Of a stretch of DNA of 64,000 nt, positions 1-13,808 are shown one piece after another. The first letter of the stretch is position 1. The number at the start of each line of letters is the position of its first letter. The DNA lies in assembly GCA_002633005.1 (NCBI GenBank), contig NMRA01000385.1, positions 3,839 to 67,838 on the forward strand, in the 5' to 3' direction. Origin of the DNA: Phoronis australis (Eukaryota > Animalia > Phoronida). Under the pieces are notes generated by a model. That model was not told the DNA's origin. It made no database searches and saw nothing but the letters and a program-made list of their open reading frames with translations. A program made the translations under genes and the position numbers.

Positions 1-36
<36 letters not shown>
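1..36. repeat. (GT)n microsatellite, truncated by window start
   Basis: 18 perfect GT units followed by a short (AT)n run. Confidence 0.97.
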
Positions 37-40
<4 letters not shown>

Positions 41-305
41 ATATATATTGACACAAATATCAAGTACCTAGGCATCAAATAGACAAAAGTAACCTAACAG
101 GGTTTAGTAATTTACCCCACAACGATGTTCAACAAATTTTTTTTTCAAATCCGAATTTCAAGTATGAAGTGATATTAATTTGCAAACGGTCTGGTTTCCG
201 CATACAGACATAGAATGTAGATAGATATTACACCTCTCAGTAGTCATCTGTTCACTGTTCGCTGAACTTGAAGCCCAAACAATCAGCGCACTCGTCGAAT
301 GCAGT

Positions 306-490
306 GCATGAGCGCACACAGACTAAAAATGGGGGCTATAAATTCTGCTCTCGTCGAATTTTGGTGGTTCCGGCAAGTGGAATTATGTCTTTTGTCTCGT
401 TTTCTATTTTTGGACTTCTGTTTTCTGAAGCCGACCTTTTTGCCCACTTCGAGCCCTCGAGACCCCCTCCCCCCCTTTGTGCGCGCATGC
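306..490 (+). mobile_element. Short MITE-like interspersed repeat (GCATG[A/C]GCGCAC termini)
   Basis: Imperfect inverted ends gcatgagcgcac...gtgcgcgcatgc with internal G- and C-tracts. Related copies at 41039-41290 and, partially, ~24653-24880. Confidence 0.6.
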
Positions 491-3400
491 AGGTAACCTC
501 ATAGATTCGAAAAGTGCGCTTTTTGGTATGTATGGTTCTGGGACTTCCTTTGTCAACTAAAACCGCTATCGTACAACTTTCGAATATTATGCAATGGAAG
601 TGGGCCAACGACAGTCTCCAGCAAAAAAGTGGAAAGAAACTCCTTCATACCGTCTAGTGGTGCATTGAGTTAACAACAGCTGTGGTATGCTTTCCTTCAG
701 GGGTTAAACAACGGTTCTGTCCACTAGCACATATATTGTCCTACTGATTCAGAAACCAACCCACCAGTCAGAGATGACATATTTATATTGATGAATTGCT
801 CCACGTTATAGTTACGTAACATATCCTTATAGTGACAGCTAGACTTTACACACTGCACAGATCTGAAACGATTACATAACAGTTCGGGAATGTTGATGCG
901 AATCTCGGCTTCCACGTTTCTTCAGCAGTGCGTAATGACACGTCTCCTTCGTTATGCAATACTTTTGGGGCCGGAATCGGGAATGTTACAAGTGTCGCAT
1001 GAACGCTCGCCAAAATATTGTAGGTTTCTATACATCTTCATTTTGCGCTCATCCATAGCGGGAGTTTTGCGGAATGTAATTGTGCATTTTTTCCTCAAAA
1101 ATGTTGCTCGCAGGAGTGAACACAGCTAATTGATAATTCAACAACTCGGCATCAACTCAATGTTATTGTGAAGCAAAAACAGTTCCCTTGGTGATGTAGC
1201 AGGTTGTGTCGTTAATAATTGTTGTGCGATGGATTCAAGGGGATTGTGTGAACAAAACGAGTAGTTGATGCCACAGCCGAACGGGCAGTGGTGAATTTGT
1301 CACTCGGGATTCTGCTCAAGTAATTTCGGTTCTCTGTATACGCAGTCCAGGGACGTACTCAACCTGCTTACTCGCAGACCGATGCACACGGCTGTTCTGT
1401 GACTTAGCTGTCCCATCTTGGGATACCTGGTTGTGTCCTGTGTGTGTGTGTCATTATGCCGCTTTTAAGAAACACGAGAACTTGGCAGAAATTTAGAGAA
1501 AGGGTCCTTTTTGAATCCTTTGCCTAAAACGTGTACAGCCGACGTTTCATTCATATCTCACGGACTTGTTTCATCACTTGGAACGCCCTGTGACGTTGAA
1601 GAGTAAAACAATAAAATGATAAAACGGTCTTTGGGATTCGCTAGTGGCAGAAATTGATGCGAGCGGACTTTTTTATACTTAGGGAGCGCAGGTCTCAAAA
1701 CCAAAATCAACTATCATGCTTTTTTATCTTATTCTGAGCCCCGTTTTCATTCCTAGATTATTCACTCGCGTCTTGAATAATTTATTTTGAAATTTGGAGA
1801 CATTTCATTGGGAATCCTATGATAAATATGTTTGAAAGAAATCGTAATAAAATTCACTAAATTAATTATAATTATATTTCGTTTTCAATTATGGCTTTGT
1901 TAATATGATATATCAGTTATTGTTACCCTACACTTGATAAAAAGTCATATTCAATGTTAATCTAAACAGGTCAAAATTTCTTTAGAGCATCAGATACAGC
2001 ATGTGATTTGCTAGTTCAGGCCCACTTTCAACCAAGAACAAGTGCGTATAAATACCATACCCATATTACCATCAGCAATCGCTCTTAGACAGCTACATGT
2101 AATATCTCAAACGGTTATCTACTCAAAGCACGGTTGTCACTTTCCAACAAGTCAAAAGTGAACAAACAAAGCATTGTCCAATTTCTAAAACTGTCACTGC
2201 TGCGCCAGATAAACTAAACAATGGCGCTGGTTAGACTGTTCAAAAGGTCGTCTCGTAGCCCACTGATCACCGAAAATAAACCTTACGCTCCTGTACATAT
2301 AGGCTTCATGATTCCAGCTGCTGCGTTGTGTCCGTGCTAACAGAAGGACGGACTCAATACAGGTAAAACCACCCTTCGGACATGACGTTGGTCGTGTTGT
2401 TTACTAGAACTAGCTGTATTGATTAAAGAGTAGATTAGGGTTTGTGTGAAATCTGTGGAAAATAAATTTCGGTCTTAGTGTTGTGTTGAATGCACACCAG
2501 AGTCGCTTGCGCACCCTTGTCTTCGGATTTGCCTTATGACAGGACTGGCAGTTGCAGAGGTAGTTTGCACTAAATTGAAAGACTCGAAGTGATCAGTTGA
2601 TGTCAAAGATATTCAAAACATGCTTGGACTTGCAAGACCATTTTTTACAATGACTACGACCTCCAAGGCTACGTCCATGACTCTTGACTGGTCGCACGAC
2701 CTGTATCTGATTTGGTCAACTATTAAAGTCGAACGCGTTTTCATAGAAACACTTCAACAAAAGTTTGGAAATTCGTATTTACTCGCAGTGTTTTTACTAT
2801 TTTTGGTTTGATTAAATCATGCTGCATACCAACGAAATGCCCAGACATTCTCCTTTCCAACGATACCACATTCTATCAATAAATGTTTATTGTTTAGCAA
2901 CTTTGCTGCCAAAGAGGGCTTGGTCTGAAATAGGCAATTACATCGCCTTGAGTGCCGTAGGAGACTAACCGATGGACTACGTTTTGCTTAGGTCTGAAAG
3001 TGAATGTTCCAAATTCAGTCGGAGGATGTATTCAAGTTTGAGCTTTCAGCTTTTTCAGTAACAATTACAGCAGTACTGGTTCCATTGTAATAAAAATTTA
3101 TTACAATTTGGCAACAATTAAACACTTTATTTATTGAACAACTGACTGATAGACAGTAGTGATAGTCTGACCGGTAGACAACAGTAGCCTATCGGTTGAC
3201 GAACCGTTCGCACGGCAGCCACTACAGCGGAGTCACACCTCTTGGCCAAGCGTTGCTGTGTGAGGGCATTCCACTCCTGAGTATGTAGGGGCAGCAGTGG
3301 TTGTGTTGGTCGCACAGGTGTTCGATAGGGTTCAAGTCTGGGCCGCATGCGGGCCATTTCATTTCCAGTACATTTGAAGAAAGTTGCAAACTTGGCACTC

Positions 3401-6400
3401 CAAACGCAGTTTGAACAATTGCGATTTATTCCAAGCCTGCTACAAAAAAGGAATTCCACGAGCATTCACTGTCACAAATGGGGCTATTCAGAAAATTTAC
3501 ATTAACTAGAGGGCGCGCGTGTACTAGTGGTGATAGATTAAGAGACTCGATTTCGCGAGCCCTTTAAATACATGGTGAAATGCCTTTTAGGCGTGCCAAC
3601 TGAATCTGAGGTTGCGTGAAAAGGGTGCTTCTATGAGAGAAAGTAAGTACGGCCTGATACAAAGGTAAGGTTTGTGATTATTTTAACGATTATTCCATGT
3701 TTATTCTACTGATGCCTGTTAACTGAGATACTCGCCGATGTCGACTTCGCGACAGTCGCCAGTCGGGTTAATCTTTGTTTGTTGTTATGCGTGTTACGAT
3801 ACTTGACGTAGCACTCGGATCCTATGTCTTCCGGAAATTTATTACACGTTGAAATGAAAATCTATCATATCTGTTTTCACGTGACCTTTGTTTTTTAGGT
3901 TTGAGGGCTTGTACCGTGCAGAGGAGATATGCATCGCTTCTGCATCGACCCTGAATGGACAAAGTAAGCAGTTGACTGCAGCTAACCAGCAAGATTTTCC
4001 CATCCAGTGTAGATCTGTTGTTAAAGCCTACTTTCTTCATCAGAGACAACGAACAAGCTTTGTTACTCCTTTCTGTTCCCACAGCATTTCCACACACCAT
4101 TAGTACTGCATGGCACAATGTACATGTCAGTGACCCTGGTGAAATGTGAATTTCAGTACGAAGTTGCCATAAGACAACGTGTTGTTTGTGTATGAAGAGG
4201 AACTATATCTGACTGCTCAGCCTCGTTGGTGAGGATGGCCTTTCATAGGCAATAAGTCATGCGCGGACAATAGTTTATTTCCTTTCCTAGAAGAAACATG
4301 CTGGATTGAAGCTAAAGAAGACGTAGTGACACTCTGGTCTAGTTCAGGGTCAGATTGTGGGCACAAAACGAGTCAAGTGATATGCTGTTGTGTTTACCTT
4401 CAAGGATCTAATTGAGGCTGAATGAGGTTACCTGGAGGAAAGCCACGTGCCGAAACTGGACCTTTTCAACTTTTACAAGCGCTTCTATAGGCTATTAAAA
4501 CTAGATCTCTGTGAAATGAAAACCAAAAGCAACTGGTATAAATACCTGTCGTTTCTCACTGAGTGACATTAACTTTTCCTTTCAGAAGAAAGGCTTTATA
4601 CTAATGAAACTTTTCAATTTGGTACATATCATGGGGAAATGACATTCAGTGACTGCATCGATTGTCTTATTGTCAGTAGAAAGCCTGTTAATGTTACACT
4701 TTGATGATCGATCAAATTTTTCATCAACAGGCAAGTTTGTCACTAATTATTGAAACCACAATATTTCCTCAGTTATAAAGCCCCACACATTGCAGTTGTG
4801 CTTATTCTTTATCAAGCTGAAATGATTAGCGATTACGCTTGTGAATTGTTTTCCTGTTGACCTCTAGAAATGTGCAGCGATCAAAATGAAGTATTCCCTT
4901 TGTTTGCATTTGATTTGTTTGTGTGTGTAATTATTTTTAGAGCTTTCGTAAGAAGGCCTTTGAACAATTTTAAGTTTTGTGTTAACTTGTCCACAACAAA
5001 AGTTCCACGTGCAAGAAAAGTATGTAAAGAAACAACATTGTTAAAAATAATTGTAATTTTCCCACGAAATGGTGTCCATAGTCAGGCATATCAAGGGCTG
5101 AATTTCTGAATTATGTTCAATTCTCTCAGGTTAATGCTGAAGGATTGCTTTTCACTTTGTCCAAAGGTAAAATAGACAGTGAGGCGGCTGGTTTCAGTCG
5201 TTTTCTCTTACCTGTAACAGAATAGTTAGAGAAATATTAACAAATTATAAAAGAAAACACTAGACAAAACTACTTAAGTAAGGCAAAACATACTTGACGT
5301 TTCATCTTCATGTTAAGGTATGTAGAAACTAATAATCTTTGTACCCAAGTTTTATTTAAGATCTGAATTAAACTATGTGAAACAGGCTAAAAGTGATTTA
5401 GTAATGAGTATTTTTCACGACACCTAAAATGTGCATCTGACCTCAACAAGTAAAATTCATTCTAGGTGTCAATTTTTATTCCAATGCAATGTTATGACGT
5501 TTACTGAATAGCTCGGCTTATTCATGTTAATTCAGTAACTAATCTGGTAGTCCTGGGGGTGGAGTCTGTCATAAAATAAGGAAACTCACTCGTCTAGAGA
5601 ATTTTATTGGACATAGCATAGCTTTGAAGAGAAACTGCTGTGAAAAAGTCACCATTGACTTCTGAGCGTCACGCACCATACACCTCTTATATTGAGCGCA
5701 TTCCCATCCCTGGAGGCCGGACAATATGTGAATATGTGCTACTAGCCTACCCGGCATCCGAGTCCTGGGTGAGTTTCCGAAAAGAAACACTTAGTTCCAT
5801 TCAATAAACCCGTTATTCAGTGAGGTAACTGGTGGGGATAAAATCACCGAACTATGTCGATAGAAACTTGATTGCTAAAAACTTACCAAGTTACGTTATG
5901 TAGTCTCCCAAAGGTGCTTCGGCATCCACACACTTTTTGTCAGTTGGTTGACCCTTTTGACCGCAATGCTCCACAAATGTAGTAACCTTAGGTCTTTTGG
6001 TGATTTGTGGCCACCTGTCGAAGACTTGCACCGGGGAAAATAGCAATAATAAGGCTTTGCACGACGACGTATTTTGATAACAATCCGTCTTTTTACCAGT
6101 TGTTTACATGCAGACAGCGACGCATGCGCAATTCACCACTAGTACAGCAGCGATACCGCGAGGAGAAATCTCCGAATAGCCCCATTGGGTGTTTACCCCC
6201 GCGTGTTAATCAGAAGCACATCGCAGGTAGTGAAACTACTTGGAAAAATAGTGAAATTTGCAACTTTCACTTTGACTTTGAGACCAAGCCCTCTTTGAAA
6301 GCAAAGTTGCTGAGCATTACAAACAATCATTCACAAAATGTGGCATTGTTGGAAAGGGGAATAACTGAGCTTTCCATTGATATGCAACATGGCTTACATA

Positions 6401-8095
6401 AACCGATCGAAAACACGGACTAGTGAACACTTATTTCCAAAATTTTGTTGAGGTGTTTATTTAATGTGTTGAGAATAATTCTGTTTCAGATTGAATTTAT
6501 TAATCATCATGATCCATGTAACTCTACATATATATTTATATATAGTCACTTTCTCCACCAACTCGTTTGCATGCCATGCTCAACGAAGCTGAAGGCACGA
6601 GCAATGTTCCAGCTGTCTAACGAGGTGAAGAGTTCCTACTTGTCCCTACGCATTTTCGTTAAAACAGGGAATCGTTTCCAAATATAATATAAAGAAATGT
6701 CATTGGTTAAAATAACGTTTTCTAGTTAACAAAGGCACAAAACGCCGACGATTTAGGGAAGTTAGTGGAGTCCCTATTTTGGAATGTTTCGTGCAAACAA
6801 CCAGTTGTTCCTCGAAAGTTTTGGTCATGACATCTTATGTACCAAACTGCCTCTGTTCTATGTCTTAAGTCCTTTCACAAAGAATGAAGTTTGCGTTTTT
6901 GGTCTAAAGAGTCAGTTTTGAAGTAGGAGTGGCTCAGCACGGTCTGTTTTTCAGCTTAGTTCAGGCGTTTTATTACATCATTATCAGAATTTCCAATGTC
7001 AGATGCCGCCTTGCGGATTCGCTAGATGCAGACAAATAGGCCTCGCTACATCGTAGAGACTCACGCCGAGATTTTTACGCTGTAAATCACCATATAGTTT
7101 CAAGGCAAAATGGACAAGGTTCTCTTGAGCTTAAATTTTCATAAAAATACGAATACGTGTCTGCCAGAAGTTGCTGCAATAAAGAGCGCACGACGTTCTC
7201 ATGAACCTATCCAGAGACATTCGCATCACCTATTCAAACCAAGTATTTTTAATAGTGCGTGAAATAAAAGGCAATGGTGGATATTAATTGACGTAATACC
7301 AGTCTTACTGTCCACAAAACTGTGGACAAGTTAGTTCATTTCGTTCAGTGCAAGATTCTTTACCACTTTACGTTTGTGATTGCGGGTGTGTTTGTCGCAC
7401 TGACGATTTTCCAGGCCTTTGTTTTTACAAAATATAGCCAACTTTTCTACCTCAAAGTGGAACGAACAGAAAAACTTACCTCAGATGAAAAATTTCCACA
7501 GAAAGACGTGGGTATTTCAGTGTCTTCCATGTTCCGAATGCATTAACACTTTCCAGCTTATCCGCTTTGTAGTCAGACCATGAATCTATTGCAGCTTCTT
7601 CTGTCGACTGAAAGGCGGGCCCACACAATGCCACAGGACAGACTACAACGCATCAACGTGTTTATTCTTGGCAACACAAAGGGTGAGAGGAAAGTAACTT
7701 ACGAATTTCAAGAGAAGATAACATGGGCTGTCACCAAGGTTCCGGCCATTCTTGGCCTCTTACTGAATATCAACGAAAATGAAATCAACAGGTGTCTTAT
7801 TCGCTTTGATGCTGCGTTGATTTTAAATCCAAGAACATGAAAATAATTCCTCCTGGTGGGCTCCGTAAAAGCTCAGCGTGTCAGGAACTTCACACTTTAT
7901 TCAATTTTATTTTTCTTAGCTATTTATTTATTACCACTGCATTACTTTTGTGTTGCAAGCCCACATGTATAGTATGAAACAGATAAACTAAGAACTATAC
8001 GTCATTTTAGTCCCGTTAACATGTAGATGCCCAAAACTGGTATCAAACTTACCAACGATAATTCCTATTACCTGAGTACGTGCAGCATTAGTGTG

Positions 8096-9016
8096 GGTTC
8101 CACAGATGCGAGAACTTCGCGAAGACACAAGATCACGCGAGATGTCTACATGCATTACAGTAGAAACACGTGATCACACCACAGATTATAACCAACAGAT
8201 TCGCAACTCTGGCGCTTTCCTTTGGGATGATCTTAGAGAACTCTTGGTATCGTGAGTACTTTTGGCGTGCAATTACGAAATTTAAAATTTAGTGCTGAGT
8301 GACTTGCTTGTGCACTTGCACTTAGCAGCACTTTTTTGATCCCGACCCATTTTTTAAGAGAGAGGTGTACTGTTTCTGTCTGATGTTGATAATGTATATT
8401 TTTAACACCGACAGCAAAAACCGTGTTGAATGTATTTTGATGAACTGCGAACTGGTTTCATTGATTTGAACCGAATATGAATTAACTGTAACACTATAAA
8501 ATTTTGAAAACGGATTTATTTTGTAGGAGCATCAACAGGATTCCTTAGAACCAAGCTTGTTCTTGAAAAACTTTACTCCCTTGGTTATCTCATTGGCTCA
8601 GGCACTTACGGCGGGAAAATGGTAGTTATTGTACACGGGTGCACTGTAGGCCTACTTGGGCCAGTTTGCTGATACAGTAAAATTTGCTTATTTATGCCCA
8701 TTCGGTGTGTCCGAAACTTGAGCCTATTGTGCTCTACCCATAGGGGGTGGCATAGGGACCGACGTGCTGCTTACTCGAACGGGCTTCGAGTTAACGGCTA
8801 TTTCAACTAGAAAAATTATGTCGGTGAGGTAAACAAACAAACTAGATGATTTTCATACCTCGGGATTTTACCATTGACATTGTTTCGGCGAGTGCTCAAG
8901 TTTTCCAAGGGATTTGAAGTGCTTCGCTGTACTTCCAAGTCTGTAACGTAATATCTAACCAAAATATCTCACGAGTTTTTGCGTGACAGATTTCGCGAGG
9001 TTGCGTCTGCGGAACC
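8096..9016. mobile_element. Degenerate non-autonomous DNA transposon
   Basis: Inverted ends ggttccacagatgcgagaacttcgcgaa / tttcgcgaggttgcgtctgcggaacc; no coding capacity; TSD not clear. Confidence 0.5.
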
Positions 9017-10379
9017 AATCCAGTATTTCAGTCAGAAGGCCAAACTTACTATCTTTTGCACACGGACACTTCACTACATTAGAAGTAGGGCAGGTGCAGT
9101 ATTTAAGGGTGGTTTAAGAATATGATATAATAGAATTTTCATTTGAAAGGTATAATCTTAGAAATATTAAGACTTAAGCGAAAATTTAAATATCATTTGT
9201 CCGAATTAAAAAAATTTGACCTTATTATTGAACTTTGAATTTGCTTGATCCATGTTCGCAAGGAAGGCGAAACTGGTTAGTTGGTGGTGTTTTCATAGAC
9301 TACAGTATCAACTAAAATGGTTCAGAGGTTTTGAGCTACGTGCATTCGAGCTTAAATGACACGTCCCATGGAGGATGTAAACTGCTGTTTAAGTGCGAGA
9401 TAAATTTTAAATAGGACTGATAGTTAATTCTGAAGTACCATTGTGAGCATTCAATTAATTTATTTAAACACGGGTGTGAGTTCGGCAAAGTCATTGATCC
9501 AACTCCCGCCGAAATGGCCGTGATTTGCAGACGACGTACTTGCCGGAAGTGAGACTTCAGACGCCGCTTGTGAATAGTGACGTCACGGCTTGAACATATA
9601 CGGAGTTGCGGTCCATGTTTTATCATAATCCATGCTCACGCTAGCTTCCTTCGCGAGATTCTTGCGTCAAAACCTCTTATCGAACTTGAAAACTTTGGTG
9701 TTTTCAGTTCTGGGAATGCGAACTCAAAAATAACTGTCTACAGTTTTGTGCTTGAGTGTATAAACCAATTTTGCACTTGATGACCACAGCATAAAAGCTA
9801 TAAGTTTGAGCCTGAACTCAAAATCTGAGTTTTTACTTGAAATATTAAGTTCGAGTTTGTAGCTCAGATCTTGAGGTCATCAAATGCGAACTTGGATTTG
9901 AAACTCTTCCGCGAAAACCATGATACACTCAAGCGCACGATAATAGTTATCTTGAGTTCGTTTTGAAGGAAAACAGAACACCTGTTTTAGCGAACAAGTT
10001 CAAGAAAAAGATTAAACCCTGGGCCTTAGTTTTATATTGGTCTCATGAAATCAAGAATGTTAAATATTATTATTCTCAGGACTACAGTAACTTACCATAG
10101 AAAATGCGAAGTGACAATTTCCAAAGACATTATCATTTTGACAGACAATGTAACTATAAAATGAGGACGTTTTAAAGTACGAAACTACTTTACGCCAGGT
10201 TATTTCCATAGACGGCGAGACGTAAGCTTGCACAAGAGGTAAAGTTTTCACACTGATCGACTGAACGAGACATTGAATTCAATCCCACAATTCAACACTC
10301 CATAATCGTCTGCTAATTACTTCTGTGGTCACTAATTATGGTGGTAAAGCTACCAAACATGCTCGCGAAACACTATTTT

Positions 10380-10690
10380 TACACTGCCGTGAGTGACAAA
10401 TGAGGCCCACTATGCGCTGTCTGGGCTTGTAGGTTCAATTCTTTGCAACCAACCTGTATCAAATGAACACCGGTTTCACGTCGACACAAAAGCAAAATAC
10501 GCCACGCGCTGTGCGAAAGACATTTCACCAGATTGCGTTTGCACTGAATAGGTTCATAGCTATACCGCTTAATGTTCAGACCTGAAAAACTTGGCTTGCT
10601 ATAAACAATAGATTTGTCCTCCGATCGTGAGATCAACATATCAAGAAAATGCTGAAGTTGAGTTCGCATTCAATGTCATGTCGGGGTGAT
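10380..10690 (-). pseudogene. Penelope-like retroelement reverse transcriptase C-terminal remnant
   Basis: Minus-strand peptide HFLDMLISRSEDKSIVYSKPSFSGLNIKRYSYEPIQCKRNLVKCLSHSAWRIL fits the PLE pattern FLD.LI.R...VYRKPT..G.....S..P...K...VK.L..RA..I. Confidence 0.7.
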
Positions 10691-11842
10691 ACAAGAGACG
10701 AACTCAAAGCCAAGTTTCCTAACTGGGATAGCAGATGGCATAGGTCCAGGGATTTTCTTGATAGCGGTCGGAACCTGTAAAAGGTCTCAGTCCTATATAA
10801 CCAGAAATTTATTTCGTTGTTGTATTTAATATTCGCCACATTAATACAGTCGGGTAGCAGCCTTCTTCGTTCAGTTAACATAAACTTGTTTATATATACG
10901 ACTGTGTATTAATATAGCTGTGTTCTCATATTAACTTTGTATTCACCTCGTCATAAGTAATAATAGGCTGTTAAAAGTGACTTCTATCTTTCGGGATATT
11001 TACTAATTGGCGTGTTGGTGAACAGGGAGTGTTCTATTCTCCTTAACCGGGACGACTTGGTGGTAAAGAGAGTACAATAATGTCGTCCACTGGAATGTTG
11101 CATAACGCCGTACGACCGTGAGGCAGTCTATTGGGCGGGACTCATTTACCATACAAGCTTTTATCACATACATGAATAGGCTACTATCGCTATCTCGACG
11201 CGTTTTGTATATTTATCCCACGCACTGAATAAGTCGAGGGGAATACGACCATGTCGTATTTTTCCGTATTCACCTCCCGCACTACTTCAATAGCGAACTC
11301 TGACATAAAAAGTTTAAAAGATAGGTCAATGTCGACTTGACGTCGATAGCTGGTTTGATCATTAAACATTCGGAAAATAGTTTAAAGTAATGCAATTGCA
11401 GCAGTGTGAGTAACACTCAAATTGCAATCAGGTCTCAGTCGTAACATCCGGAATAGGACTGTTGATTATATGACAGTTCTCTCTCAGTTTTTAATTGCTA
11501 TTATGTCGTCTGCAACTCAGGCGCCGATTCCTCGGTAACTACAATATGAAATATTCATCTTATTTAACTATTTTCAGGAGATGTTACAAGTTCAAAGCAC
11601 ACTTACCGTTGCTTTCATTTTTGTTATCTCTTCTCAAGTAATAAATGGTTAAATTTAAAAATGTATCTTTTACTGGAGAAAACTTGCAAACTAACGCGCA
11701 AGTATATACATATAGGATTTTATCTGCCTCGTGAACAGTCTGGGTGAAGTATTTGAAAAATCTGGCGAAAAAAAAATGAAAGAACATTAGGAATTTGATG
11801 CGTATGGGATAAATAGAAAACGTACCTCGATTGGCGTAAATG

Positions 11843-11910
11843 AAGTAATATCCCACTCGACATTATTCCGCGTATCGATACGCGGAATAATGTCGAGTGG
11901 GATATTACTT
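11843..11910. repeat. Perfect 68-bp palindrome without spacer
   Basis: aagtaatatcccactcgacattattccgcgtatc is followed directly by its exact reverse complement; imperfect symmetry extends to ~11817-11936. Confidence 0.95.
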
Positions 11911-11949
11911 AATGTACGCCACTCTCCGTACGTTTTGTGTATGTATTTA

Positions 11950-12203
11950 TTTTGAAAAACTATCAACTCGTTTTCCGAAGAATTGTTTGGTCCTTGTAAG
12001 AGACCGGTGGCGGGCGCTATGGTTTGGTCGTGAGTCCCGGCCGTTTCAAGATATACCCTAGAGAATTAGGCCTATGCAAGGAATGAACTCGGAGGGCACT
12101 CAAATTGACAAGGTGGCTGCATTCGCGAACAATGTGTAGTATCAGATATTGCTGTGCTTTCTCGGCAATTCTTACGGTCTCGCATCGTGTTCAACAGGCC
12201 TCA
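11950..12203 (+). repeat. Dispersed repeat, second copy at ~14450-14685
   Basis: Shared aactcgttt(t/c)cc..agaa, ggtggcgggcgctatggt.tggtcg.gagtcc.ggccg and gtgttcaacagg.ctc blocks. Confidence 0.75.
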
Positions 12204-13346
12204 TAAATATCCGTTTGAGCCCCGCAAAAGGAATCCTGGCGTGCGTTCAGTAACGCTAGGACGTACGCTAGGACCTAGCTAAAATCTAGCTAAAGTCACA
12301 GGTTCTCATTTAAAATACACGTCAATATCTCAAGTAATCTCCCGAAGTCTTGCTTTTTAGTGAGGTCATAGCGATACTGAACGGGAGACTGGTTCCGACC
12401 TCAGCAATGACCATCTTCCTTCCTGCAATGAGCAGCACTGCCAGGAAAGACCCAGCCAATGAAACACCCAAGCCATGGACATTTATTTAATGTTACAACA
12501 TGGGGTTTCAAGAATTCAGGCAGACATTGGGACGTTTATTCGGAAAATTTCATTTTAAAAAGTCAGTTCGGTGTCAACCTGTAGTCACAAATTCAGTTCT
12601 GTGGACCATATATCATTTGTTAACAAAGAATACAGTCTTGGTGAACTTGGTATTTATAGTTTGAAAATAAACAGTATTTTTTTATGCGAAAACCGCTGAT
12701 ATTCTCATAGCAGCTTTCCGTTTACACCCCCCCCCCCNGAGATGCAATCACTTGGGATCAAAAAGTATCAAGGGAGCAGTTTTCAATCTAGTGGTCACTT
12801 TTGTCTCACATTTTAGTGTTTACAGGAACAGCTCATTATTATAAGTATTGCCAAAGTGTTTGTCGTGGTCATTGTAGTCGTCCGGATGGGTGCTTTGCTT
12901 TTTGAAGAGTTCTCCCTGTCTATCATGATTTTTATATTTTTGCTCCTCGGACGGATTAACTATTTTGCAGAGCTATGTGACATATTTATAGATTTGTTTA
13001 CCACAGTGTGCTTTGTAAAATTACTTACCTCACTCGGTGCTTTTGGTCCCGCGAATTATCGACTGTTTTTGAAAATATATTTAGCATAGTGTACTTGTTG
13101 TCTCACGACGGACCAGGCCAGCTTATTTGTGTAGATACTCACTCTCTCCACATCTGGACCCTCGAAGTACTCATATTGTATACTTTTTCACCACAGTGTA
13201 CAGTAAGTATGTTTTGGTCCCGTGGAAATGTTTTCATGTGATTTGTTTCCATATACATTTGGTGATTTTCAACTTTTGGGACATACAGGGGCCCAACAGC
13301 CAACATGATTCAGTTTAATATAGTGATAATTAAGTGTTTGTCGCTT

Positions 13347-13808
13347 TTAATAATAGATTATGCGCTGACATCATCATTGTTCGTCATTTTTCTCGTAACA
13401 AAACAGAACATCTGTTTATTTCCAGGCATAACAGTGCCAGTCTTCATTCTTAAACAACTGGAGGCTGCTGCCACCATAGACTATAGATACTTAACGAATA
13501 TCTATGCTGCCAAGTAATCATCTGATCTTCAACCCATGGAGCCGTCGGTGCTCCTTATGCTCTTGAACATTTGGTAATTGTCTAAACCCCTTTATACACA
13601 TTACATTTTTTCGTATATGATTTTCTTATGCTAAAATCGGTGTGTGCAGACAGATGTTCCAACTAAAATTTTGCTGGTGGTGTGACATATATACCAAAAT
13701 GTGTACAATTATTAATTCGGACCTTGTAAGCCCGTTAGTTCATGAGACGAAATCGAAAAGGGTTTAAATCATCTTGAGATAAACTCTAGAGACACGTAAA
13801 CTGCCACA
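13347..13808 (+). repeat. Dispersed repeat, second copy at 20082-20500
   Basis: Colinear similarity from ttaataataga.tatgcg through gaggctgctg and cttgaacatttggta.ttgtctaaac to gagacgaaatcga.aagggttt. Confidence 0.8.

Noticed and set aside
600-1600. Possible decayed coding sequence or retroelement end on the minus strand
   Set aside because: Many stops and no motif I can assign.
3285-3360. tRNA- or SINE-like A/B box (ggttcaagtct); a similar ggttcgaattc lies at ~20543
   Set aside because: No cloverleaf and no second copy in the window.
2219-4500. Exon-like pieces (MALVRLFKR, LHDSSCCVVSVLTEGRTQYR, FEGLYRAEEIC) with plausible splice sites
   Set aside because: They do not join into a stop-free or recognisable protein; probably decayed transposon sequence or chance.
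6007-6423. 138-aa ORF and most other ORF-track entries
   Set aside because: Non-ATG starts, no splice-consistent partners and no domain features; expected by chance.
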